A stretch of DNA of 64,000 nt from Patescibacteria group bacterium UBA3530 (GCA_002376945.1 DFOX01000009.1:1340-65339), one strand, 5' to 3'. Shown: positions 9,752 to 19,731, counted from the first letter of the stretch. The notes: a model not told the origin generated them from the letters alone. A program made the numbers and translations.

Positions 9752-11656
9752 CTAGAAGTCTATCAAATCTACCTTCCTTTCGTGAGGGGGAATATGTTCA
9801 TCGATGACTTCTAGGTAGTCTTCACCGATATCTTCGATGAATTGAGATGCAGTTTGAATCGTTTGTGTGCCATATATAGTGCGCACGACAGCGTGGGTGA
9901 GAAACACTTTTTTTCTTGCTCGAGTGAGTGCCACGTAAAAAAGACGTCGTTCTTCCTCGTCGTCAGTATTCTCATCCATTTTTTCATGGGGGAACAGACC
10001 TTCTTCAAGACCTACTAGAAAAACGTAATCAAATTCAAGTCCTTTTGATGCGTGGACCGTCATGAGTTTCACCGCATTATAATCGGTGCTGAGAGAATCT
10101 TGGTCGGTAGCGAGTGCGGCATCTTCTAGGAGTTTCTCGATACCTTCTTCTCCCGGTAAGGCGTCATATTTTGAGGCCAACGTAGCAAGTTCTTTGATGT
10201 TCTCAAGACGCTCATGATCTTCTTCGGTCCCTCCTTTGAGTGCAGTTTCCAACCCACTTCTTTGTACCGCAAATCTAATCGTCTCCGATGGTCGTTCTAT
10301 CAGTGCAACGTTCTGAATACTGGAGAGTATACGTTTAAAATCTGCAACTTTCTGCTGTGCTGCTGCACTGAGCTCTTCTTCTTTCCCCTCAAACATTTTT
10401 GCAAGTGTTACTTTCCCAATACCACGAGGAGGGGTGCTCACAATACGAGCGATATCTCCCATTGATTGAGGGTTCAGCGCCGCTCTTATATAACTCAATA
10501 CATCTTTAACCTCCTTTCGGTCAAAGAAGCGAGTACCGAGTACCTGGTAGGGAACGTTTGCGTACATAAACGCTTGCTCAAGTGCGCGGGATTGGAAGTT
10601 TGCACGGTAGAGCACGGCAATCTCACGAGGAGACACCCCACTATCAATACATTCTTGTGCTTTCTCGACCACAAAACGTGCTTCATCATCTTCGCTACAG
10701 GCGTTGTATACACTGAGGAGTTCTCCTTCTTGATTGGTAGTGAAAAGCTTCTTTTCTTTTCTCCTTACGTTTTTCTCGATAATACGATTAGCAGCTTCGA
10801 GTATATTTTGAGTTGAGCGATAGTTTTGTTCCAGCACAATAAGAGTGGTCCCAGGGAATTCCTCTTCAAAGGAGAGAAGATTGGTGAGGTTAGCCCCTCG
10901 CCATGAGTATATATTTTGATCAATATCACCCACGACACAAATGTTATTGTTCTTGTTGGTGAGGAGTTGCGTGATCGCGAATTGAACCTTATTGGTGTCT
11001 TGATACTCATCAATGTGGATATGTGACCACCGTTGCTGCAATTTCTTTCTCACATCCTCGTTATCACGAAGGAGCGTGTATGTACGGAGTAGTAAATCAT
11101 CAAAATCGAGAGCACCTTCTTTTACGAGCTGTGCTTCATATGCAGCCCATATGCTTCCAAGAGTATGCTTCCAAGTGTCTGCAATATTTGTGCGAAAAGT
11201 GCTGGCAGTAATACCATCTGCTTTGTATCGTGAGAGTGTACTAATGATGATGCGGGGCTCAAACTGTTTCGGGTCAAGATTAAGTTGTGCAAGTACCGCT
11301 TTCACCACACGAATGCTGTCGGTGCGGTCAAAGATTGAAAAATGTTTCGTTATACCTAGGTTGTGCGCATGTTCACGAAGTAACGATACTCCCAAAGAAT
11401 GAAATGTCGCCACATACGGCGAAGTGTGTATCTCGTAATCTGCCGCAAGTATTGCTTGCACCCTTTCACGCATCTCCTTCGCCGCTTTGTTCGTGAAGGT
11501 GACGGCAAGAATGTTCTCTGGAGCAACTCCTTTTTTAATGAGCGCGACCATTCTCTGAGTGATGACATGGGTTTTTCCAGAACCCGCTCCCGCAAGAATC
11601 ATCAGTGGCCCCTCATCATGTGCAACAGCTTGTCTTTGACGCTCATTGAGTTCCAT
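9752..11656 (-). CDS. pcrA: ATP-dependent DNA helicase PcrA/UvrD
   Basis: AGAGSGKT, TFTNKAA, DEYQD, VGDIDQNIYSWRGA, TVHASKGLEF and EERRLFYVALTRA motifs. Confidence 0.95.
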   Translation of the reverse strand: MELNERQRQAVAHDEGPLMILAGAGSGKTHVITQRMVALIKKGVAPENILAVTFTNKAAKEMRERVQAILAADYEIHTSPYVATFHSLGVSLLREHAHNLGITKHFSIFDRTDSIRVVKAVLAQLNLDPKQFEPRIIISTLSRYKADGITASTFRTNIADTWKHTLGSIWAAYEAQLVKEGALDFDDLLLRTYTLLRDNEDVRKKLQQRWSHIHIDEYQDTNKVQFAITQLLTNKNNNICVVGDIDQNIYSWRGANLTNLLSFEEEFPGTTLIVLEQNYRSTQNILEAANRIIEKNVRRKEKKLFTTNQEGELLSVYNACSEDDEARFVVEKAQECIDSGVSPREIAVLYRANFQSRALEQAFMYANVPYQVLGTRFFDRKEVKDVLSYIRAALNPQSMGDIARIVSTPPRGIGKVTLAKMFEGKEEELSAAAQQKVADFKRILSSIQNVALIERPSETIRFAVQRSGLETALKGGTEEDHERLENIKELATLASKYDALPGEEGIEKLLEDAALATDQDSLSTDYNAVKLMTVHASKGLEFDYVFLVGLEEGLFPHEKMDENTDDEEERRLFYVALTRARKKVFLTHAVVRTIYGTQTIQTASQFIEDIGEDYLEVIDEHIPPHERKVDLIDF

Positions 11657-11698
11657 GTGGCGCACTATACCACGAGGGTAAGAATCTAAGAAAAATGC

Positions 11699-11727
11699 TT
11701 GACATATTATCTATCCACCCGTATTAT
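11699..11727 (+). promoter_or_regulatory. Sigma70-type promoter of the LysM/M23 gene
   Basis: TTGACA (11699-11704), 17 bp spacer, TATTAT (11722-11727). Confidence 0.7.
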
Positions 11728-11891
11728 TCACGAACTATTGCGCAGCTGTGTGCAGTGGGTAGAGTGTATGGAAGGGAAAGGTGTGTTATGGAAGCGATCC
11801 CTTTTGCGAGCAATCGCAATCACTATTGAGGCTTATTATATCAACAGATCAGGACTCTGATGGTAGTTTACGTACTAACGTAAAGAATCAG

Positions 11892-12950
11892 ATGACACAT
11901 ATACCAATCGCAATATGGCGTAGCGTCGTATCAGCATTTATCTTGGTATCCATAGGTATTCCAAGCGGAGCGCATGCAGGTGTCTTCAGTGCTCTCTTTG
12001 AATCCCTCACCGCAACACTTGAATATACCACCAAAACAACCTATAACTCACAAACCATTCCCCTGCCAACTGCAGCACAAAATGTGGACCCAAATCCATC
12101 AAAGGGAGGTGGTGAGATAACGATTGTCAATGACTCTGCACTACTTCCGGCGTCGGGACCAACAGGATCTATGGCAGATGTTGCAGATGACACTTCGTAC
12201 AAGACTAACGGACAAATCAGCATCTATATTGTGCGTCCCGGAGATACGCTTGGAGACATCGCCGAGATGTTTGACGTATCGATAAATACCATTCGTTGGG
12301 GTAATGATATTTCCAGAAGTGAATCTATTCAACCGGGGCAAGAACTCGTTATTCTACCGGTAACGGGAATTAGATACACGGTAAAGACGGGTGGAACACT
12401 TCGCGATATTATCGAAAAACACGGAGGAGATATTGACGAGGCGATAGCATACAATGGGTACTCGGCGGATGAGTATCTAGCGGCGGGAACGGAGGTGATT
12501 ATCCCCGATGGTGAAATGGCTGCCCCTAAAGCTTCAGCCGCTGTCGCCAAGAGTCGATATACTCAATCGACAACAGGTGTTCGCGGGACGGGCGGTCCTT
12601 CATACAGTGGATACTATCTCAATCCTGTTGCCTCTGGTACGCGAACACAAGGAATTCATGGATATAACGCGGTAGATATAGGTGCACCGACCGGAACACC
12701 AATTATGGCTGCTGCATCAGGAAAGGTGATAATCTCAAAAAATTCCGGTTGGAACGGAGGATATGGCAAGTATATCGTTATTGAACACGAAAACGGTACT
12801 CAGACGCTCTATTCCCACAATGTAAAAAACATTGTCTTCAGTGGCCAGCAAGTAGTGCAAGGACAGGTGATTGCATACATGGGTTCCACGGGACGTTCCA
12901 CGGGACCACACGTCCACTTTGAAGTACGTGGGGCAAAGAATCCATTCTAA
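11892..12950 (+). CDS. LysM-domain M23 family peptidoglycan endopeptidase
   Basis: LysM (YIVRPGDTLGDIAEMFDVS) plus M23 HxxxD (HGYNAVD) and HxH (STGPHVHFEV); N-terminal signal/TM. Confidence 0.92.
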   Translation: MTHIPIAIWRSVVSAFILVSIGIPSGAHAGVFSALFESLTATLEYTTKTTYNSQTIPLPTAAQNVDPNPSKGGGEITIVNDSALLPASGPTGSMADVADDTSYKTNGQISIYIVRPGDTLGDIAEMFDVSINTIRWGNDISRSESIQPGQELVILPVTGIRYTVKTGGTLRDIIEKHGGDIDEAIAYNGYSADEYLAAGTEVIIPDGEMAAPKASAAVAKSRYTQSTTGVRGTGGPSYSGYYLNPVASGTRTQGIHGYNAVDIGAPTGTPIMAAASGKVIISKNSGWNGGYGKYIVIEHENGTQTLYSHNVKNIVFSGQQVVQGQVIAYMGSTGRSTGPHVHFEVRGAKNPF

Positions 12951-12952
12951 CA

Positions 12953-12978
12953 GAAGCCGCTTAATAAAGCGGCTTTCT
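12953..12978 (+). terminator. Intrinsic terminator
   Basis: AAGCCGCTT-AATA-AAGCGGCTT followed by TCTT, directly after the stop codon. Confidence 0.7.
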
Positions 12979-13030
12979 TGATTTTGATACTGTTTCATGA
13001 TTCGATACATCGCAGGAAATGGAGGGTCTC

Positions 13031-13330
13031 ATGCAGAAGAAAGTTTCGTGGGCGACAAACGGAAGGGGTGTGGTTGAGAAAAATGGAGCATTTGCGAAGC
13101 GCGACTTGATTTTGGAAGCGTGGAAGCAAATGAATCTGTCGGAAGACCCTGATGTCCCCTTGCATCGCGCCATGTGTTTGATGACCGGAGAGATGCAACA
13201 AGAACAGTTCGATGGACATACCAAAAGGGGTGCTCAGGCAATCTTGCTATGGGTCATTTTGACGGATGAAGGCACACGTTTTATAGACGAGGTGCGAAAT
13301 AGCATCCGTACTGTCGATGAAGAAAACTAG
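13031..13330 (+). CDS. Orphan hypothetical protein
   Basis: GGAGGG SD before ATG 13031; ends at a shared terminator. Confidence 0.6.
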   Translation: MQKKVSWATNGRGVVEKNGAFAKRDLILEAWKQMNLSEDPDVPLHRAMCLMTGEMQQEQFDGHTKRGAQAILLWVILTDEGTRFIDEVRNSIRTVDEEN

Positions 13331-13332
13331 GG

Positions 13333-13372
13333 AAAAGGCGCCGACCGGTAACTATGTCGTCGGCGCCTTTTG
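13333..13372. terminator. Bidirectional terminator
   Basis: AAAAGGCGCCGAC...GTCGGCGCCTTTT between convergent genes. Confidence 0.7.
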
Positions 13373-13867
13373 GTTTTTTCGTCGAGAGTTCATCGTCGCC
13401 AGTGCCATTTTATGAGCACTGTACACCTCTCCTTGAGTGATTGCCGGGTGCAGATCACCAAAATGAACATCATTCCACGATAGCATTCCGTTCTTCTGGT
13501 GTGCATAAAATGCAATCAGTACATCAGGAAAGACTTCAATCGATACCTTCGTGGCCGTTGGTCGGTGTCGCACTCGAGGGAATACATCTGTTTTGCCAAG
13601 CGTTGCTTTTCTTCTCTTTTTGGCGGCAACTGCGCGCTTGTTAAAATAGCGAGCAACTGCCAAGATGTACAAACGATGTTCCTCGACAGATCCTCCGCAT
13701 CGGATGAGTGCTTTATCAAAGAGTGCACGAAACGCTACTCCTTTCTCCTCGCACCGCATTGCATACACGGTGTTCACGACACGTAATACAAATGCAACGT
13801 CCAACGTGCAGAAGAATTCGTCTTCCACCGATGCAAGAGCATCACGTAAGTCAGGGTGAATTCCCAT
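13352..13867 (-). CDS. Orphan basic hypothetical protein
   Basis: GAGGAG SD before ATG 13867 (MGIHPD); 171 aa. Confidence 0.6.
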   Translation of the reverse strand: MGIHPDLRDALASVEDEFFCTLDVAFVLRVVNTVYAMRCEEKGVAFRALFDKALIRCGGSVEEHRLYILAVARYFNKRAVAAKKRRKATLGKTDVFPRVRHRPTATKVSIEVFPDVLIAFYAHQKNGMLSWNDVHFGDLHPAITQGEVYSAHKMALATMNSRRKNQKAPTT

Positions 13868-13937
13868 CACTATCTCCTCACTTTGTACTATTGTCAGTAT
13901 AGAACAAAAACCCCGACAGGTGTATCGGAGATCTTGT

Positions 13938-14303
13938 TTAATCTGCGTGGTCAATGCATTTATCAGCTGCCGGGTTTGCCTTAAGTCGCTCAATAGGGAT
14001 AGTCTCTCCGCCTTCAGAGCAGATGCCGTATGTCCCCTTCTGCATACGTTCCAACGCTTCTTTTACGTTGTTGTAGCGCTTCTCCAATTCAGTCACAATA
14101 CCTTCATTGGTTGACTTTTCTTCAAACCGATCGGCGAGAATTTGCGGGTCGGCGGTTCCGGTTTCAACCGATCCCGATGTTCCGTGCCAGTTTTCTGGAT
14201 TGAGAGTATCGGCCTTACCTATATCAGTGAGTTCAATCTCAAGCACAGCCAGTTCTTGCTCGAGTTGATTTTTCAAACTTTCTAGAGTTCGTTTATCTAC
14301 CAT
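13938..14303 (-). CDS. DksA/TraR-family protein
   Basis: Coiled coil followed by ALERMQKGTYGICSEGGETIPIERLKANPAADKC. Confidence 0.85.
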   Translation of the reverse strand: MVDKRTLESLKNQLEQELAVLEIELTDIGKADTLNPENWHGTSGSVETGTADPQILADRFEEKSTNEGIVTELEKRYNNVKEALERMQKGTYGICSEGGETIPIERLKANPAADKCIDHAD

Positions 14304-14348
14304 GATATACACACTATACACTATTTTAGACTTGCAATATACTCAAAT

Positions 14349-15389
14349 TTATCTCTGAATACGAACCCTGTTTGCCACCTCAAGGAGGGTTCGTACATCG
14401 GTTGTGATGACTATAGTTGATCTATTTATGAACGAGTAGAGCATTTTTGGGTTTCTCATTCCTCCCAAAACTCGCACATCAAGATTTTGTACAACGGTGT
14501 CTTCGAATTGCTCTGTTGTTGGAAGCGCGACTCGGGACATAAGGGGAGACAGGTCTTGAACAATGCTTCTCTCCCAGTCAAGCATGCCGGTAAATGCATA
14601 GCTATAGGAGTTGGTTTTCAGTACTACAAACGGCATATTTCCATCATCGGTGGTATACATACCAATCATGTAATCAGGGTCGAGTGTCTGCATGAACGTG
14701 GGGGGTGTGTTGCTTGTAGCACGTGAGAGAAATTCCATCGCGGTCAGACGTACCGGTTCATCTGCGGTAACATATGATACATAGAGCTCAGTAATGGTTC
14801 CCAAAGCTGCAGGACGACGATCTACTGCTAGAGAAAGGGTAGTGAGAATCGATCGACCACTTCTTTCGCTTACGTCTATTCGTTGCAAGTCTTCCGCAAA
14901 CAATATATTGGATTCAAATGTTGTGGTTGTCTCCGTGCTCGTATTGAGCAGGTATGCATAATACCCGCCCGCAATCACAACAGCTCCGGTTATAATAAAG
15001 AGCACCGTCAGAGAAGCAAACATGGTAATTTTCCAAGGATTTCTTTTTTTAACCGACGCTTCTATGTTTCTTTTTTCGCTCTCCAGTGCAGCCATGCGCA
15101 CCATCGACATCTTTTTGTTACGAACGAGATCTTGCACATCGTCTTTGAGGGTATGTACGACTGCTTCGTTCTCTTCTTGGTATTTTTGTGGGGGTTGCTT
15201 TTTTATCGGAGCAGTACCGTTTTCTGTAGGTAGTAGTTTTTTAAGTTCCTCAGGGTTGTTTTCACCAGAATACTTTACAATGTCAGATCGAAATGTGCGC
15301 ACGAGCGCTTTTTGTAAAGCACCAGTTACTATTTTGGAGACTTTCTCCTTTTTAGTTTGAGGTTCGTTTGTGTTTTGGTTCTCGGGCAT
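14349..15389 (-). CDS. Single-pass membrane hypothetical protein
   Basis: 346 aa with one TM; overlaps the pnp stop by 38 nt. Confidence 0.75.
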   Translation of the reverse strand: MPENQNTNEPQTKKEKVSKIVTGALQKALVRTFRSDIVKYSGENNPEELKKLLPTENGTAPIKKQPPQKYQEENEAVVHTLKDDVQDLVRNKKMSMVRMAALESEKRNIEASVKKRNPWKITMFASLTVLFIITGAVVIAGGYYAYLLNTSTETTTTFESNILFAEDLQRIDVSERSGRSILTTLSLAVDRRPAALGTITELYVSYVTADEPVRLTAMEFLSRATSNTPPTFMQTLDPDYMIGMYTTDDGNMPFVVLKTNSYSYAFTGMLDWERSIVQDLSPLMSRVALPTTEQFEDTVVQNLDVRVLGGMRNPKMLYSFINRSTIVITTDVRTLLEVANRVRIQR

Positions 15390-17514
15390 GGTTTGTGCTT
15401 ACTGCGGCGGGTTCAACACCTTTCTTTGCCGCAAATGTAGGATCAATATTTTTGATAGAAAGATTGATTCGCTTCTTCTCGTCTATCTCCTTGATTATAA
15501 CAGGGATGAGCTCACCTTCTGATACCACATCGGTCACCTTATTAACACGAAAAGGAGCGAGTTCTGAAATATGCACGAGACCCTCGGTATTCGTCCCTAT
15601 CTCAACGAATGCGCCAAAGTCCATAATTCGTGTAACTTTTCCTTCAAACTTTTCTCCCACAACGTATTCATGTGTGAGTTCTTTGATAATCTCAACGGCT
15701 TTCTCGGCGGTTCCGTTTTGTCCGGTGACGAACACCACTCCATCGTCCTCAATAGATATCTCAGTAACACCTGTTGAATCCTTAATGCCATTGATTGTTT
15801 TGCCGCCAGGGCCAATTACCAGACCAATTTGATCTTCTGCGATGGTGAGAGAAATTATTTTCGGAGCGCGTGGGTTAATGTCAGCACGAGGTGCCGCGAT
15901 TGCTTCATGCATTACGTCAAGGATGTGGAGTCGTGCCGTTTTTGCGTGTTTGAAGGCCTCGGTAAGTATCGCTATCGACACTCCGGACACTTTCACATCC
16001 ATCTGTACTGCGGTAACACCCTGAACGGTTCCCGCTACTTTAAAGTCCATATCTCCGAAGTGGTCTTCGGGTCCTTGGATATCAGTGAGTATTTTATAAT
16101 CACCTTTATCATTACTCATCATACCCATGGCGATACCTGCGACCGGTCTTTTGATGGGCACACCTGCGTCCATAAGGGCCAAGGTTGATCCACAGACACT
16201 CGCCTGCGAACTAGATCCGTTACTCGCCATGGTTTCCGATACAATCCGAATGGTATATGGAAACTCCTCTTTGCTCGGCAGTACGGGAAGTAGTGCTTTT
16301 TCTGCAAGTGCGCCGTGTCCAATCATGCGGCGGTTGAATCCTCCCACTCTTCCCGTCTCTCCAACCGAAAATGGCGGGAAGTTGTAGTGATGCATGTATC
16401 TCTTTCGCCCGTCTTGCGATTCAATGGTGTCAATAAGTTGTGCATCTTCAGGTCCTCCCAAAGTCAGAGCTGAGAATACGTGCGTCCCCCCGCGATAGAA
16501 TATACCCGATCCATGTAAAAGATCAGAAACGCCTCCGGCTTGCGCGTATATATCGCGAATCTCATCCATTGCACGTCCATCTTGTCGTCGTCCGTGCATA
16601 AGGGCTTCAGTGTGTACCAGCTCATCCACTTTTTCTTCAAAGTAATCATCTGCATCAGACACTTCTTCCGGCACGTGTTCCTTTACCAGATGCATCCACT
16701 CGTCTTTCAGTGTATAAGCACCCTTCTCCCCGAACACATATTCGCTCATTTTAGGTGCGATGTGCTTCTCAAAGAGTGTTTGTGCCACAGCGCTCGCATC
16801 CCGTGTTGCGATTATTTGTTTTTCCTTTCCGATTGCATCAATAATTGACTGCTGCCACGCCTGCAAGTCGTTATGAATAGCAACAGCGGCTTCCAGTCCT
16901 TTGGTCAATTCTGCTTCATCAACTTCTTTTGCTCCCACTTCAATCATATTGATGTTCCCATCCTTTCCGCATGCAAGTAGATCGAGTTTTTCAAGTTCGT
17001 CCGTGCGCTGACTATAATTTGGATTGATGATTAAAGAAGCATCTCCGTTAACTTGACCAATGCGTACAGCACTCACCGGTCCCTCCCAAGGAATGTCGGA
17101 TGTTCCGAGCGCTAAGGATGCTCCCAGTACCCCGAGAACGTCGGGATCTTCTTCGTCAATGGCAAGTACGGTGACGATGACTTGGACATCGCGACGGAGT
17201 GAATGATCAAATAAAGGACGAATGGTGCGGTCCACTACTCGAGCACTTAAGACGGCTTCTTCGGAAGGACGTCCTTCACGTCTTTGGAAACGACTTCCAA
17301 GAATGGCTCCTGCTGCGTAGAACTTCTCCTCAAACTCCACTGATAATGGGAAATATCCCATACCTTCCCGTTCGTGTCCCATAACCGCAGTGGTCATAAC
17401 CGCAGTGTTACCGTAACGGAGGATTACCGATCCACTTGCTTGATCGGCAAGATTAGTAAACTGAGCAGTGAGAGTCTTTCCCCCTACCTCAATCGAATAT
17501 TCTTTTTTTTCCAT
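15352..17514 (-). CDS. pnp: Polyribonucleotide nucleotidyltransferase
   Basis: Two RNase PH domains (HYNFPPFSVGE, SNGSSS, DMDFKVAG), plus KH (IGPGGKTI) and S1 domains. Confidence 0.97.
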   Translation of the reverse strand: MEKKEYSIEVGGKTLTAQFTNLADQASGSVILRYGNTAVMTTAVMGHEREGMGYFPLSVEFEEKFYAAGAILGSRFQRREGRPSEEAVLSARVVDRTIRPLFDHSLRRDVQVIVTVLAIDEEDPDVLGVLGASLALGTSDIPWEGPVSAVRIGQVNGDASLIINPNYSQRTDELEKLDLLACGKDGNINMIEVGAKEVDEAELTKGLEAAVAIHNDLQAWQQSIIDAIGKEKQIIATRDASAVAQTLFEKHIAPKMSEYVFGEKGAYTLKDEWMHLVKEHVPEEVSDADDYFEEKVDELVHTEALMHGRRQDGRAMDEIRDIYAQAGGVSDLLHGSGIFYRGGTHVFSALTLGGPEDAQLIDTIESQDGRKRYMHHYNFPPFSVGETGRVGGFNRRMIGHGALAEKALLPVLPSKEEFPYTIRIVSETMASNGSSSQASVCGSTLALMDAGVPIKRPVAGIAMGMMSNDKGDYKILTDIQGPEDHFGDMDFKVAGTVQGVTAVQMDVKVSGVSIAILTEAFKHAKTARLHILDVMHEAIAAPRADINPRAPKIISLTIAEDQIGLVIGPGGKTINGIKDSTGVTEISIEDDGVVFVTGQNGTAEKAVEIIKELTHEYVVGEKFEGKVTRIMDFGAFVEIGTNTEGLVHISELAPFRVNKVTDVVSEGELIPVIIKEIDEKKRINLSIKNIDPTFAAKKGVEPAAVSTNHAREPKHKRTSN

Positions 17515-17616
17515 ATACACTTTTGGTGATGTAGAGATTGCAGCACTACACGATGTGTATCACTGGGTATCTCGACACCACAATTATTGAATAACTAAGG
17601 TCACTGTACCAAAACA

Positions 17617-17645
17617 AAACGGACAGTGCGAGCTGTCCGTTTTGT
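17617..17645 (-). terminator. Hairpin/terminator after the NYN gene
   Basis: AAACGGACAG-TGCGAG-CTGTCCGTTT. Confidence 0.55.
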
Positions 17646-18185
17646 TTAGCCATGTATTTTGGGCAGTTTCCAACCTTTGTATGAGATGAGGTACTTTTTC
17701 GGATCTTCATCCATGTCGGTAAAGTCATCACACACTTCCCGAAGTTTTGAAGATGAAGATTTCCCAAATGAAATTACTTCTACCTGACATCCCTCGTGGA
17801 GTTGCAGATACTCAACAAGCGGAATGAAGTCTCCATCACCGGTTGCAAGTATCACTGCATCAAGTTTTGGAGCCATGGTCACAGCATCAATCGCCATTCC
17901 CACATCCCAGTCTGCTTTTTTTGCACCACCAAAGAATATTTGCAGATCCTTTGTTTTGATTTCAATACCAAGCTTTTGCATTGCTTCGAAAAAGCCCTGT
18001 TCTTCTCCAGATTCTGTGGTCACCACATACGCTCGTGCTCGCACGAGTTGTCGGTTACCCACGGCCTCTTTCAACACATTCCCAAAGTTTACCTTTGCTT
18101 TGTAGATATTTTTTGCGCTGTGGTAGAGGTTCTGTGTATCGATAAAAACACCGACTCGTTGATTGCCATGTTTGATAACAGTCAT
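17646..18185 (-). CDS. NYN-domain (LabA/DUF88, PIN-like) protein
   Basis: VFIDTQNLY, KKADWDVGMAID, TGDGDF and DDF acidic motifs. Confidence 0.9.
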   Translation of the reverse strand: MTVIKHGNQRVGVFIDTQNLYHSAKNIYKAKVNFGNVLKEAVGNRQLVRARAYVVTTESGEEQGFFEAMQKLGIEIKTKDLQIFFGGAKKADWDVGMAIDAVTMAPKLDAVILATGDGDFIPLVEYLQLHEGCQVEVISFGKSSSSKLREVCDDFTDMDEDPKKYLISYKGWKLPKIHG

Positions 18186-18273
18186 AGTATATGTATTTGT
18201 TCGTATAAAAATTCGACCATATCCGCATCATACCGTAAAACGAAAAAACGTGTCCTCCGACACGCCCTTTCGA

Positions 18274-18540
18274 TTACTTCTTGAGGCCGAGAGACTTAAT
18301 GAGCTTCCCATACGCCTTGGAGTCTTTTCCTTCCAAGTACTTCAAGTGCTTGCGACGATTTGCAACCATATGAAGCAATCCGCGACGAGAGTGATTGTCC
18401 TTATGATTCTTCTTCAAATGAGAAGAAAGTTCATCAATCCTTTTGCTCAAAATAGCAACTTGTGCTTCAGGTGAACCGGTGTCACCGTCATGCCGTTGCG
18501 TCTTCTTTAGCGCATTAGTTTTTTGTCGTTTTGTAAGCAT
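18274..18540 (-). CDS. rpsO: 30S ribosomal protein S15
   Basis: DTGSPEAQVAILS...HKDNHSRRGL. Confidence 0.97.
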   Translation of the reverse strand: MLTKRQKTNALKKTQRHDGDTGSPEAQVAILSKRIDELSSHLKKNHKDNHSRRGLLHMVANRRKHLKYLEGKDSKAYGKLIKSLGLKK

Positions 18541-18658
18541 GATGTAAATATGTCCGGCATACACCCGGACGCAATGAAAATATAGCACGGTTTAGGTATT
18601 TTGGCAAGCGCAGTGGATGCGATTTCGTTGTGCGACATACATGCTACCATATGCGTAT

Positions 18659-19591
18659 ATGCATTCCTCTCTTGAGGCATACAAACAAGAATTTCTCGAG
18701 TATATAGAAATTGAACGTGGTCGTGCGGTAAAGACGGTGGAAAATTACGACCGGTACCTTATTCGATTCTTCACACAGGCGAATGTGAAAACACCCAAGG
18801 ATATTACCGAGACAAAAGTACGCGAATTTCGTCTATGGCTTAACCGACAAACAACCAGTAATGGCACAACACTGAAGAGACGAACTCAAAACTACTATCT
18901 AATCGCTATCAGAGCGTTTCTCAAGTTTCTACGCAAGCGTGGAATAGCCAGTTTGTCTCCCGAGAGGATTGAGTTGGCAAAAGTGCCACAAAGAGACCTG
19001 GATTTAATTACTCGAGCAGAATTGAATCGTCTACTCACTTCCCCTATGAAGGTCTACCAAGAAAGTGAAAACGAGAACGAACGACTTCGTGCACTTCGTG
19101 ATAATGCAATCGTACAACTCCTCTTCTCCACCGGCCTTCGTGTATCAGAGCTGGTTTCACTCAACAGTGATATTGATCTTTCCAAAGACGAAATGTCTAT
19201 TCGTGGAAAAGGTGACAAGGTGCGAGTGGTATTCTTCTCCGAGGATGCAAAAAGTGCGATACGGAAATATCTCGATGCTCGTAAAGACATGGATGAGGCG
19301 CTGTTTGTAAATATGGGACGTAACGCAGGATCTGAATTACGACTTACGTCACGGAGTGTTGAGCGTATAGTGAAACACTACGCAACGTATGCGGGTATAA
19401 CCAAAAAAGTCACTCCGCATGTGGTCAGACACAGCTTTGCAACCGATCTTCTGCAAAACGGCGCAGATATCCGAAGTGTCCAAGCACTCTTGGGACATGC
19501 CAATATTGCAACGACACAAGTATATACTCACGTCACTGACAAACACCTAAAAGACATTCATCAGAAGTTTCATAACAAAAGTGGTGCATAA
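18659..19591 (+). CDS. Tyrosine recombinase XerC/XerD family
   Basis: Catalytic residues intact: TGLRVSEL, GKGDK, HVVRHSFAT, LGH, TTQVYTH. Confidence 0.92.
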   Translation: MHSSLEAYKQEFLEYIEIERGRAVKTVENYDRYLIRFFTQANVKTPKDITETKVREFRLWLNRQTTSNGTTLKRRTQNYYLIAIRAFLKFLRKRGIASLSPERIELAKVPQRDLDLITRAELNRLLTSPMKVYQESENENERLRALRDNAIVQLLFSTGLRVSELVSLNSDIDLSKDEMSIRGKGDKVRVVFFSEDAKSAIRKYLDARKDMDEALFVNMGRNAGSELRLTSRSVERIVKHYATYAGITKKVTPHVVRHSFATDLLQNGADIRSVQALLGHANIATTQVYTHVTDKHLKDIHQKFHNKSGA

Positions 19592-19596
19592 CGTCC

Positions 19597-19625
19597 TTGA
19601 AAAATATTTTCTCAAGGAGTATCTT
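19597..19625 (+). promoter_or_regulatory. Sigma70-type promoter
   Basis: TTGAAA, 17 bp spacer, TATCTT. Confidence 0.5.
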
Positions 19626-19731
19626 AAAATAGACTAAGAAGCGTGCGACGCGCAAGGGGCGCGGCTGCATTCAGATCGCATTGGTGATCGGTTTCGATTA
19701 GTCACATTAAATTAAAATTTTGGAGGTTCGC

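Noticed and set aside
18659-19591. Tyrosine recombinase as a prophage or island integrase
   Set aside because: It has XerC/D-like length and motifs, housekeeping neighbours, and no att repeats or phage genes.
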